A stretch of DNA of 63,991 nt, the filler included, from Ionaspis alba (lineage: Eukaryota): assembly GCA_964255285.1 (NCBI GenBank). It is 4 parts of 4 records of this genome, joined end to end, with 100 filler letters (N's around TTAATTAATTAA, not from the genome) between each part and the next. Parts side by side here need not be neighbours in the genome. Positions count along the whole stretch, not along the records: positions 51,621 to 63,991 come from CAXUUL010000512.1; 3 more parts are not named here. One strand, written 5' to 3'. The position numbers and the translations under genes were made by a program. Position 1 is the first letter of the stretch; every line of letters begins with the position of its first letter. The notes beneath the pieces were generated by a model. The model was not told where the DNA came from and did not search any database. It worked only from the letters and a program-made list of their open reading frames with translations. Shown here one piece after another: positions 51,621 through 63,991 of the stretch.

Positions 51621-51903
51621 ATATACACGAGATGTCACGGAGAGCTGTTGATAGGTACGGAGACTGCTTGTGAGAAATGATTCTACACTAGATCACGTAA
51701 GACGATGGATATTGTTGTACTGTGGAGTAGTTTTACACAGTAGATTTCTGGTCCGAGCATCTCTACTCAAACTGGTTTATAGACAAGAGCATAACGTCAG
51801 TCAACACCAGTTCGACAAATAAAGACCATCCCCCTGCCAAATCCCACGCCTAGAATACGCCATTTGCACCTTTTCGCTTGCTTCATGGGGGTATCATTCA
51901 TAC

Positions 51904-53197
51904 TTAAACAACATCCAATGAAACCTCCTTCTTAACATGAATTCCTTTGGCAGGTAGATGATTGTACTCATGCTCGGAACAGCTCTTCCCAGCCATCCCA
52001 CCCGAGATCCTGGATGTGCGTCCAGTGTTTGACTTGTTCTCACCATTCTGGAGGAGAGTTCCAAAGTCTTCCAGTTGCACATCGTGCTTGGCCGTCTCGG
52101 CGTTCCTGTGGAGTTTTTTGGAGTTGCCGCTGGTTATGCCATACCACGAACTACGATTCGTCATGTTACTGCAGCTTTCTCCAATTTTGCCACTCCACCG
52201 AGCAACGAGTTCTTGATTAGAAAAGATCGGTCGCAGGGTAGGCAGACAGGCGCATAGAACTGCAATTTCAGGTTCGATGATAGCCCAAAGGCCACATTTC
52301 ATGAGAGCCTTGGTTGGATTCGACCAGTCTTCTTTTCCAGTCTGGGTGATGGTGCGAAGAAGACTTACGATGCACACAATGCCTCCAAGCATGAACAATC
52401 CAGATACGATGATCTGATGTTGGAGAGCAAGCTGTAGCCTCCAGATCATGAAAAGAGGTAAACACAAGATGATAACGTCCGTCAAAAGATTGGAGATTGT
52501 GATTCCCCTGAAGAGTTTGGCTGTCTTGATACAGTGATCTTTAGCTGAAGGATCGAGATTGAACGCTTCAGAGATGGGAGTGCCTGAGACAGATAAGTCG
52601 ACTGACTCAATCATCGACAAGCTAAATGCCATACTCACATTGAAATATCGTTGGGAGAACGCATCCCAAACACCAAAGGACAACCATTGCGATTGCAGCC
52701 ACCGTCGCCATTCGAAACTTAGGGGTCGGGAAAACTCGACGATACATGAAGATGATAGAAAGTTTCGTAGGGGTCATGACTGCGTAGTACATGATTTGGA
52801 TTGCGTAGTAGGCCTTCCACAGACATCAGCGATTCTGCTGAGTATCTGCAAGTTGTTTGAGCAGTACCTTCAGGAAGATTACCATTTGCGGCGGTGGTAG
52901 CTCACGAAAGTTTTGTCCCATTCCCCCTGCCAAGTACACTGGGATATAGTCAATAGATATCTCATGCCGCAGCTTGTAATACTTCTCACTGAAGCCTGCA
53001 TTGATCACCAGTCCTACCATGAAGATGAACGCAACCAAGATCAGAGCGTCATCGGCACCAAACTGAATCTTTCCCATTCTCCTCCCTACAAAGCGTAGCA
53101 CGACGCCAGCAGTGGCTATCACAGCTAGAGCGACGAACACACGAAAGTGCTCTTTTGCAAGATCCGATGCCCCTTGACCGTCGATGAAGGCACCCAT
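51904..53197 (-). CDS. Pth11-like 7-TM integral membrane protein (fungal rhodopsin-like domain, no CFEM)
   Basis: VVLRFVGR...GADDALI; PTKLSIIFMYRRVF; FQC|TPI; TDVIILCLPL; WAIIEPEIAVLCACLPTLRPIF. Three introns. Confidence 0.9.
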
Positions 53198-53938
53198 GAT
53201 GACTCAAGACTTTGGTATAGGATGTTGAGAGGACTTTTGAACATAGGTGGTCGACAGGAGGGATACAGAAGTGAAGAGGTGTCTGTCCGTGCCTCTATTC
53301 TGCCTTGAAAAGCCTAGTATTTCACGCGTTTCGACATCGCATCGCGAGGCTGGCGAAGCCCTAACAGCGCCAGAACGCGTTGACAAGAGCATGGCACTCA
53401 GGAGGACAAGAAATCCGAGTCTGCGGAGAAGAGGAACAAACATGACTACAACTTTCATTGATTGCCCAATAAACCACGTATGACAAAGTGCTGGTGTCGC
53501 AAGAGCAAGATAGGTCTGCATGGATAGATCTGAGAAACATGCAATTGAAAGGCGCACCAATCCTCTGGAACTTATCCGGCTGTCTACAGCTTCAGGTTGG
53601 GCCGTGCTGATTGACGTCGGAGAATATCCAGAAGTACATGCAGCCCAATCACATACCCCATATTGAAAAGCAAGAGGAGAACCGAGAAACGGGGATGTAG
53701 AGACGGGACAATAATGCTGATAGAGAACGGAGCTTACTGTAGCCATCACAATAGCGAACGACCGTGCCTGACTGTAATCCGGCTTTGCTTGCATCCCTGC
53801 CGTCCTTGGCATCGACTTGCTACAAACTGCTGACATTTCTTCATCACAATCCATGACAATGACACGAAACATTCAACGATGCGCACAAACACACCAAACG
53901 TCATCAGCATGCTGTGCTATGCGATGCTGGCAGGATAG

Positions 53939-56900
53939 ATGTATTGTTTTAGACTTCCCTATGGGTTCTTTATAAAGTGTCCTGCCATACTCCTCGCGAA
54001 GTATCAGCACAGTTCTCTCACCTTTCCACTTGCGGGTCGCATATCGACTAGCCTACATAGAACCTCCATCCTCGCTTCCAGGACAACACTTCATTGCCAT
54101 TACTCAAGCAAGATGACTCCTATAGAACGCCTCGCCGATAGTTTAGAAGCGCCAGAGCTTGATGACCGCTCCTACAGAGTAATCCGACTTCCAAACCAAT
54201 TGGAAGCGCTCTTAGTGCACGACCCAGAGACAGACAAAGCCAGTGCATCCGTCAACGTCAACGTCGGGAGCTTCAGCGATGCAGATGACATGCCAGGAAT
54301 GGCCCATGCGGTTGAGCATCTCCTTTTCATGGGCACTAAGAAGGTAAGATCTGCGCGTGGGGGCTGATCCTTAACCTCACCTGTCTGACAGGCCTCTAGT
54401 ACCCGAAGGAAAACGCCTATAGCCAGTACCTTACCGCACATTCGGGTTACTCTAACGCATATACAGCTTCGACGGAAACGAACTACTACTTTGAGATAGC
54501 CGCCTCTTCCGAGTCGAAGGATGATTCTATGCCTAACGGCACAATCGAATCTCCTCTACATGGAGCTTTGGATAGATTTGCTCAGTTTTTTGTTGCCCCG
54601 CTATTCCTTTCCGAGACCCTTGACCGTGAGCTGAAGGCCGTCGACTCTGAAAATAAGAAGAATCTTCAGAGCGACAACTGGCGCCTCCAACAGCTCAACA
54701 AGAGTCTTTCCAACCCCAAACATCCTTACCATCACTTTTCAACGGGTAATCTGGAGACTCTGCGAGATGTACCCCGGAAACGTGGGATCGACATTAGGCA
54801 AGCTTTCATTGATTTTCATGATAAGCACTATTCAGCCAACCGCATGAAGCTAGTTGTTCTCGGGAAAGAGACACTAGATGAGCTTCAAACGTGGGTTGCG
54901 GACTTATTTGCAGATGTCCAAAACAAGGATTTGCCGCAGAACCGTTGGGACGGAGTTCAGCCGTATTCCGAGAACGAGTTCCTGACCCAGGTGTTTGCCA
55001 AGCCAGTCATGGATAGTCGAATGCTGGACATTTACTTCCCATACCAGGACGAGGAACACATGTACAAGACGCAACCTAACCACTACCTCAGTCATCTAAT
55101 TGGTCACGAAGGCCCAGGCAGTATCCTGGCTTACATCAAAGCCAAGGGTTGGGCCAACAGTCTCAGCGCTGGTGATAGAGACGTTTGTCCTGGCACGGCG
55201 TTCTTCAACGTCTCTATGCGCTTAACAGAAGATGGTTTGACGCACTACCAGGAGATTGTCGAGTCGGTCTTCCAATACATTGCGCTAATGAAAGAAACCC
55301 CACCTCAAAAATGGATCGTTGATGAGATGAAGGGGATGGCCGAGGTCGATTTTCGTTTCAGGCAGAAATCTCCTGCGAGTAGCTTTACTAGCAGGCTGAG
55401 TAGTGTGATGCAGAAGCCGTTTCCCCGTGAATGGCTTCTCAGCGGCGATGCGTTGATCCGAGAATTCGATGCCGAGGCTATTACTGAAGCTTTATCTTAT
55501 CTTCGAACGGACAACTACAGGCTGACTATAGTCAGTCAGGATTTCCCTGGGAACTGGGACCAAAAAGAAAGATGGTATGGAACAGAATACCGGACGGAGA
55601 AAATTCCACAGGATTTCCAAGATGCTGTCCACAAGGCCGGGAAAAGTACCTCTAAAGATCGACCAGTGGAGCTGCACTTACCACATAAGAACGAGTTTAT
55701 TCCCACACGGCTAATGGTGGAGAAACGAGAGGTCGAGGAGCCTGCCAAACATCCAAAGCTCATCCGCAATGATGAGGGAGTCCGTACATGGTGGAAAAAG
55801 GACGATCGGTTCTGGGTACCCAAGGGCAACGTTCTTGCAACATTGAGGAACCCACTCGTGAATGTGACCCCTGCCAATGCCGTTCGGACCAAGTTATACT
55901 GCGAACTTGTCAAAGATGCATTGGTCGAATATGCTTATGATGCAGAGATCGCAGGTTTGGACTATAGTCTTAGTAGCAACAGCATTGGATTGGACGTCGA
56001 CGTCAGCGGCTACAATGACAAAATGCCAGTCCTACTGGAAAAAGTTCTCATCAGTATGAGGGATCTCGAAGTCAAACCGGACAGGTTCAAAATTGTTCAA
56101 GAGAGGCTACTCAGAGGATATCGAAACTGGGACTTCCAGCAACCATACCGACAAGTGGGCTCCTTTGCCTCATGGCTTGGCTCAGACAAGGGCTGGATCA
56201 ATGAGCAGCTTCTGGCGGAGATCAGTCACGTCACACCAGAGGACATCTCGGCTTTCTACCCACAGCTCCTTCACCAGACACATATCGAAGTACTCGTGCA
56301 CGGTAATCTCTACAAGGAAGATGCTCTACGGATAACGAAGCTGATCGAATCAACCTTGAAGCCGCGCTCGTTGCCAGAGTCGCAATGGCCTACACGAAGG
56401 AATTTAATATTGCCACAAGGGACTGACTTGACGTATCGACGGACCCTCGGAGACCCTGCTAATGTCAACAATTGTATTGAGTATTACTTGTTTGTTGGAA
56501 CAGCTGCGGACAAGGTCCTCCGAGCGAAATTATTGCTTCTTGGACAACTTGGAGACGAGCAAGGCTTTGATCAGCTGCGTACCAAGGAGCAGCTTGGCTA
56601 TATTGTTTTCACAGGAGCCAAGATGTCAGCAACTACAATGGGATACCGTGTCATCATTCAATCGGAACGGTCGAACGAGTATTTGGAGGAGCGGATCAAT
56701 GCCTTCTTAGTCTTGTTCTCTGAGGCCCTCGAAAAAATGACCGAAGAGGAATTTGAAAGCCACAAGAAGAGTCTTATCAACAAACGATTGGAGAAGATCA
56801 AGAATCTCGATCAAGAGACCTCTCGCTTCTGGACACACATCACAAACGAGTACTTTGACTTTCTCCAGGTCGAGAGCGATGTTGAACACCTCAAACCGTT

Positions 56901-57447
56901 GGCTAAGACCGAGATGATCGAATTCTTCAATCATTATATCCACCCCACTTCACCTCTTCGAGCGAAACTCTCCGTCCACATGGTCGCACAAATGTCACCG
57001 AAAGCTCTAGCAGGCTCCATGTCTGCAGGCGAACAGAAAGAGAAAGTCTTAGACATCCTCGCCAAACTCCTGACTTCTCTGGGCACGAGTGTAGAACCAG
57101 ACAGGTTAGTTTCTCGTTTCGAAACCATCGATGTCGCCGGAGGTGATCAGCTCGGAATCATCCAAGCAGTCTCGAAATACCTTGAGGATGATGCCAAGGT
57201 CTCTGCGGAACAATCCCAGCAGATTGTCGAGCAAGTGCAGCAACTTCTCCCCACCATTTTACCGAGTCTAGGCATAGAGATCAAAGCTACTTCTGAGGAA
57301 GCCGAGGAATTACCTGCGGCTCCGCCTATGAAGCCGACGACTTACATCGAGAATGTCCAAGAGTACAAGGCCAGCCTCAAGGTGAGTGCTGGACCGTGGC
57401 CTGTCACGGATTTGAGCGAGTTCGAAGACACGGAGCCGAAGCTGTGA
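53939..57447 (+). CDS. STE23: M16A metalloprotease Ste23/insulysin (a-factor processing enzyme)
   Basis: LDDRSYRVIRLPNQLEALL; inverted zinc motif HAVEH; intron 54344-54399; YLSHLIGHEGPGSIL; FDQLRTKEQLGY. The conserved part starts at ATG 54113, with an upstream in-frame ATG at 53939. Confidence 0.94.
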
Positions 57448-57932
57448 GATTCAAGGAGTACGTGGTGTTGCCGATGATGCATGGTCTCGGGTCTCTACTC
57501 CATAGCGTGGCGTTGGTAGCCGTGCAGTGGGCATGAAGATGTAGACCAGACTAGAAATTTCTTAGATTTAGACGGTGTTATTGGAGGATAATCAGAAATA
57601 GAGACTATATGAGACAGAACTCAGTTTTATTCTACTCCCTATTGGAGAAAGTGTGTAACCTGTTTGAATCAGACTACCGATGTGTTCTTGGCAGTAGGGC
57701 AAACTGTCCTCGGTCTACCGCTAAGCTCTTTTGGGCTCCTATCTCTCCAGTTGCTGGTTGCATTTGTGAAAGATGTCAGATATAGTCTGCTACTTCAAAG
57801 ACCCATTTTCCACCGAAGAGAAAGACCGCTAATCTCTGTCCTGTTTCAATGGGTCCTTGAGCTAGTATAAAACATTGAACCCACCGAACATCTCTCAGTC
57901 TCTCAATCCAGTCTCGCCTTCCCACAACTATC

Positions 57933-59012
<1,080 letters not shown>

Positions 59013-59326
59013 ATGAGATACCATGTCTTGGAAAGGTCTAGCCATGCCATATAGGGCGGCGTCTGTGGTTGAGATGGATTTCAGATCTGCGAATACCCTG
59101 ATTCATAGCATCATTTCTTGAAATACCAATCTTCGAACGGACCGGATGTACCAGTGGACGAACCATAAACTGGTGGCGATAATGACTTCGTAAACATGAT
59201 GATAGTCTGTTTAAGATGGAACATCAGAACAAAAACTCCCCCGCCTTCAACCCTAAGTATTGCCCATTTCTATCCCACCACACTTTCATCTTCTCCACCT
59301 CTACCACTTCCATTCCCTCTCCTCCA

Positions 59327-60157
59327 ATGCTCCTCATAGGTCTGACCGGCTCCATCGCAACCGGCAAATCCACCGTTTCCCAGCTCCTCTCCCAACCTCC
59401 TCACTCCCTTCCCATAATCGACGCCGACCTGCTCGCGCGCCAAGTAGTCGAGCCTGGGACACGCGGCTACCGCAAGATACTCGCCCACTTTGGGCCTACA
59501 ACCCCAGATCTCTTATTACCTGCATCTTCCGAGCTTCCTCACCATGGCATTAACGGCAAGGGAAGACCACTCAATCGCGCTGCGCTGGGACGACAGGTAT
59601 TTGGCGATAGCGAGGAGCGAAGAAGAGATAGAAAGGTGCTCAATGGGATCGTGCATCCGGCTGTACGCCGCGCCATGGCGTGGCTAGTGCTGAAATATTA
59701 CCTCATGGGGCATTGGGCGGTAGTGCTGGACATCCCGCTGCTTTTCGAGTCAGGGCTTGATGTCTTCTGCGGGACCGTCATTGTGGTCGCGGTGCGGGAT
59801 CCTGTCGTGCAGATGCGGAGATTGAGGGAGAGGGATCCGCATTTGAGTCCGGAGGAGGCGGAGGATAGAGTGAGGAGTCAGGGGGATGTGAGTGAGAAGG
59901 CGGAGAGAGTGGAGGCAATGGGGGAGAGGGGCAAGGTGGTTTGGAATGGTGGTGGGAAGGAGGATTTGAGGGGGGAGCTGGAGAGAGTTGTTGGGCAGGT
60001 GAGGAGAAGGAGAAAGGGTTGGTGGAGTTGGGTCCTGCTAGGGTTCCCTCCTATGGCGGTGTTGCGGGGCGTTTTGGGGGTGTGGAGAGGATGGGTGGAT
60101 AGGAAGAGGTGGCAGGGAATGGAGAGAGAAAAGCAGACGGAGAAGGCTAAGCTGTAG
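59327..60157 (+). CDS. CAB5: Dephospho-CoA kinase with C-terminal membrane anchor
   Basis: MLLIGLTGSIATGKSTVS, IIDADLLARQVVEPG, LNGIVHPAVR, VVLDIPLLFE; hydrophobic C-terminal segment. Confidence 0.93.
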   Translation: MLLIGLTGSIATGKSTVSQLLSQPPHSLPIIDADLLARQVVEPGTRGYRKILAHFGPTTPDLLLPASSELPHHGINGKGRPLNRAALGRQVFGDSEERRRDRKVLNGIVHPAVRRAMAWLVLKYYLMGHWAVVLDIPLLFESGLDVFCGTVIVVAVRDPVVQMRRLRERDPHLSPEEAEDRVRSQGDVSEKAERVEAMGERGKVVWNGGGKEDLRGELERVVGQVRRRRKGWWSWVLLGFPPMAVLRGVLGVWRGWVDRKRWQGMEREKQTEKAKL

Positions 60158-61001
60158 AATTATAGCTTGGATCGCGTTGGCAAGGAAGTGTCATGGTTTC
60201 TACTCATGTCTACTAAGATGTAGCATCGAGAGACACCTCATTCACTAAGCCAAACGATCGCATTTAGAGGACAGTATATTGGAATGCCGTTGGGTACTGA
60301 AGGCCTCACGGCTCAGTCCTGGTCACGTGTAGTGCATAGTCAAATATAAGTGTGTTATCCACAAACTCATAATTGCCTGATGCTCAGTACATTTGAAGTT
60401 TCTGAATTGGTTGTTCACGGAAGTGCTTTCCTGTTCAGCATCAGTCGGCATTGCCTCATTCGCATAAACAGCCAACTCCCAAACCTTAGAACTGATAATG
60501 AAATTGCCACCATCAGTACCTCAATCCACGTGCTAATGCTCTAGAAATTCAGTTTTTCCTGAAGTCTTTAAGCATTCGATGTTAGAGGCCACTAATGACT
60601 TATCTATCATAATAGGTACAGGTACCGGATTACCCCTTTTTTTGTTGATGTATCCAAACAACCCTCAAACATCACAACGTCGTGATCATCACGACGCCGC
60701 CATCGTTTTGTATATAAGAATGTATCTTGAGTCTGTGAATGCATCCTTTCTATGTTCTAGAGTCGAGAAAGACAGTGAAGGATTAGTCACCTGACGCCGG
60801 AGCTAGGACCAGGTCTAGGGAATTGGCATGAAGTCGCGCATTGCCATCCCAACATCTCCCCTCCCGTGCCGGTGCCCAAACTTCGGATTGATATCATTAC
60901 GTGTGTAATAATTGTTGCAAACTCGGCGACTTTGTCGTGGTCGTCACTCGTTGGAATTGGGTTGTTTGACGTCTAGAAGTTGTACTGGTGTACTGAGGGC
61001 C

Positions 61002-62657
61002 ATGGGCTTCATTGGAGACTTGTTCTCGCTATCTGTCGAGGTCCCTCCACGTAAAAGACTCAAGGTTAGATTCCCCTTATTCCCAAAGAGAGATCCGAGG
61101 ATTTTGGTCAAGAGGAGAGATGAATATGGGAGATGGCAGCTGGTCCAGGAGAAACCAGCACAGTCTACTGCTGCAACACAAACTGCAGGAGATGGGAAGA
61201 ATGCCATCAAGAAACCTGACACAAACAAGTCTACTCCACAAGGAAAGCGAGGTGGCCCAAAGGGCAGCAAAGGCCAAAAAACTTCCGTTGTGACGGCACC
61301 TCCAAAGGTTATTGATACCAGCACTCAAACAGACAATGCTTTAGAGCCATGCTACCACTGTGCACAATATACAGCTTCAGCTGAGAAGTCAAAGAAGGAA
61401 AAGCAAAACGTCAATGCAAAGAACAAACACAAAGACGCAAAACAGCAGGCCGAAGAGCAAAAGGCTAAGCGGGTTGCTTTTGCAGAACTCCTTAAAGAGA
61501 CTCCAAAGTACACAGAAGATACCATAGATGCCGAAGTCCCGATCGTCGATGCTCGCTTCCATAACGCATTCCAGAGTCGGCCGATACCCGGAGTGCCAGG
61601 TCGCCTTACTGGTGTTAGAAATCAATACACGCTTGGTGGACGGCAGTGGCGTCACGGCGAACAAGCTACACTCCAGCCTCCAAGACTGAATTCGCAAGAT
61701 TGGTCAGATGCAATGAGAGCGCCAAATCCACAACAACCAAAAGCCAAAACGAACGCAGCTGAGTGGAAAAGAGAGGAAGCACTGCAAGCAGCAAGGAAGG
61801 CAGATGAAGCGTATTTGGACCACTGGCTGCAGCAAAGAGGTGCCTCGTACTACACACGCGCGATGGAATGGTTGGAGCAAAGAGATGCCATCAGGAACGG
61901 AGCGATGATTCCGCTACCCCAACTGACGGAGCCAGAATTCGAGGCACCAATCCCAAGCCCAACGACACGGCCTGTACAAAACGTAGCTCCAGATCCTTAC
62001 GCACAAACAATCCAGAACATCAGTAATCACCGAGCACCATTACAGGCAGTCGATAACAACTCTGCTCACGCTCACTGGGACAAACGAGCAGCATACAGGC
62101 TTGTAGATGACAAGGAAAACGCAAGAAAAGCCGATCAAGAAGCAGCATTCACATGGCTGGCAGAACAAGCTGCAGCTAACAGAGCCGATGCAGAGAGAGC
62201 CGCCAAATGGTTGGAAGAACAAGCAGAAGCTAGACGACGGGAAAAGATCCTGAGTGTTTACCGCGTAGATGGGGCACCACCCGGCAGAGACACGGGATAT
62301 TCTCGTAAGAAGCGTCACGGTGACAGCTCGACCGAGTCTTCCCGAGATCGTCGCCACAGAAGGCGGTCACCTCGTCGTGACTATTCAACTGAGTCCGAGT
62401 CAAGAGGCCGAAGTCGCAGTCGGAGTTCCGATCCCGTTTATCGTCGTAAGAAAGGCAGGAGTAAGCATGGCGAGAAACATGAAGATTTCAATCAATGGCC
62501 AGGAGATGTGCAGAAAGACAACGATTGGAACACTTGGAACAGGAAGACCACTAACTACAGAGTCCCGACGGCGGAAAGCGCCTCCAGCCATGGCGGTCAG
62601 AATGACACATGGAATAAGAACCCGAAGTGGAACGCTCAACCAAGGACAACTTGGTAG
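61002..62657 (+). CDS. Hypothetical protein (about 551 aa), low complexity, Arg/Ser-rich C-terminus
   Basis: Long uninterrupted ORF; first ATG at 61002 (the listed start at 60912 is a non-ATG codon). No recognised domain. Confidence 0.7.
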   Translation: MGFIGDLFSLSVEVPPRKRLKVRFPLFPKRDPRILVKRRDEYGRWQLVQEKPAQSTAATQTAGDGKNAIKKPDTNKSTPQGKRGGPKGSKGQKTSVVTAPPKVIDTSTQTDNALEPCYHCAQYTASAEKSKKEKQNVNAKNKHKDAKQQAEEQKAKRVAFAELLKETPKYTEDTIDAEVPIVDARFHNAFQSRPIPGVPGRLTGVRNQYTLGGRQWRHGEQATLQPPRLNSQDWSDAMRAPNPQQPKAKTNAAEWKREEALQAARKADEAYLDHWLQQRGASYYTRAMEWLEQRDAIRNGAMIPLPQLTEPEFEAPIPSPTTRPVQNVAPDPYAQTIQNISNHRAPLQAVDNNSAHAHWDKRAAYRLVDDKENARKADQEAAFTWLAEQAAANRADAERAAKWLEEQAEARRREKILSVYRVDGAPPGRDTGYSRKKRHGDSSTESSRDRRHRRRSPRRDYSTESESRGRSRSRSSDPVYRRKKGRSKHGEKHEDFNQWPGDVQKDNDWNTWNRKTTNYRVPTAESASSHGGQNDTWNKNPKWNAQPRTTW

Positions 62658-62812
62658 AGGTAAGCACCCAGGCAAATGATCGGACAGGTATGTTGATGCT
62701 GATCATGAACTTATGTGGTAGGCCCGGTATTCATGGTCACTGCCATTGTCAAGCTCAACAAGTTTCCTGTGAATCAACCTCTCAAAGTGCAACCGGCATA
62801 TTCTTTTGTCTC

Positions 62813-63789
62813 TTACGACTCTAATGACCTCTTCGGCTTCCTTCCGCGCTGTGGACAGTCCTTCTTCGCATGGCCCTTCCTTCCGCACGAATGGCAAACC
62901 ATGTTAGCGCTCGAGTGCCCACCAGATGATCCACCACCGCCTCCAGATATCGAACTCAGCTTATTCAGCTTCACCTCTTTAGATTTCCTTATCTCTGCCA
63001 GCCGAGCTGCCTCAGCTTTCGCCGCTCTTCTCTGCGCTTTTCTTTCCAATTTCGCGCGCTGGGCACCTTCGGATTTGACGGCTTGTATCATTGCTCTTGT
63101 ACCTGAGATATCCTCTTTGCTATCATTATCGCTTTCATCTTCTGCTTCTTCTGAGTCATCGCTGGAGGAAGAGGCGTTCGCTGTACCGTTCTGACGCTAA
63201 AACCCATACGTCAGCTAGCTGTAGCTTTATCCCAACACAATTATTGCTCGAATTGGTTTCTCATGGATTTTGGATGTGACGTGCGTACCTCAAGTGCACG
63301 ATTGAACTTGCCAAAGCTCCTCCTTCCAACCACCTTCGGCCCCCATGGCTCTTCCTCTTGATTTTGACCATTTCCTCCTGTATCAAGATCCGCATATCCT
63401 GTTTTGAGAACTTGCAAGACTCCATTTTCTGTCCCAACCGCCTCATCTCTGAAACTCAGCACCCACTTCGTCTCCCCAGCATCTGCAGCCTGCCTTTCCA
63501 GCGCTTCAGCCCTTCTTGCCTCTTCTGCAGCCGTAGCAGCTCGCATGATCTGCAGTTCTGAAGTAGGGGTGGCTGGCGAGGAAGTATCCGAAAGCTTTTG
63601 ACGTTTTGCAGAGGGTAGAGAAGGGGTATCTGGAGTGGTGGGAGATGAGGCGGCTGCTCTTTGCATGAACTAGACAGAGTAAGCAGGATCGAGTTTACGA
63701 GATCCGAGTAATCAGCATACTTTCATGGTCATCAACCTCGATGACAAGACCTTCGGAGGCCGTCCTGCTGGTGTGGGTGGATTAGACAT
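62813..63789 (-). CDS. Mpp6-like nuclear exosome cofactor with C-terminal CCHC zinc knuckle
   Basis: Spliced N-terminus MSNPPTPAGRPPKVLSSRLMTMK|FMQR (Mpp6-type motif), GRRSFGKFN, acidic tract, CHSCGRKGHAKKDC. Introns 63720-63670 and 63288-63197. Confidence 0.8.
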
Positions 63790-63991
63790 TATGCTTGGGT
63801 TAACAAGTTTATAACAGTGATTAATATTTTGTCCAGTATTTCAGCTGGCTTACTGATTCCAAAGCAGGAATCTCATTTCAATTGGAAGCTGCTGGGATGC
63901 ATTGGCATCTTATATTGTTGTAAACTTCAAATCGCAAAATTCTTGGAGCAGATCGCCCATGCCAAGCCCTTGAGCTCCAACCACTTCAAGC

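Overview
Eukaryotic genomic DNA from a filamentous ascomycete (Pezizomycotina). The evidence is short GT-AG introns (mostly about 50-65 nt) with CTRAC/CTAAY branch sites and fungal-type orthologues. The window holds about 20 protein-coding genes, mostly intron-containing housekeeping genes: a GPI-anchored Ser/Thr-rich protein, GT90 glycosyltransferase, class I myosin, Sin3, a FAS1 protein, a group II PLP decarboxylase (frameshifted as assembled), Kel3, RecQ/Sgs1, a large unknown protein, Mon1, a CREG-like split-barrel protein, RPS30, MtfA, New1/Elf1, a Pth11-like receptor, Ste23/insulysin, CFIm25, dephospho-CoA kinase, an orphan protein and an Mpp6-like zinc-knuckle protein. There are four 100-nt assembly gaps, three carrying an artificial TTAATTAATTAA linker. 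I found no tRNA, rRNA, CRISPR array or transposon, and I cannot support a clear new biological system. The best leads are: a 222-codon ORF in frame with the Pth11-like gene and separated from it by one TGA; an 8.6-kb gene-free region and unusual 5' leader upstream of mtfA; unusually long introns in SIN3 and KEL3; a possible mitochondrial presequence on Ste23; and two uncharacterised proteins. Gene names come from recalled motifs, not database searches. Exon boundaries were read by eye.
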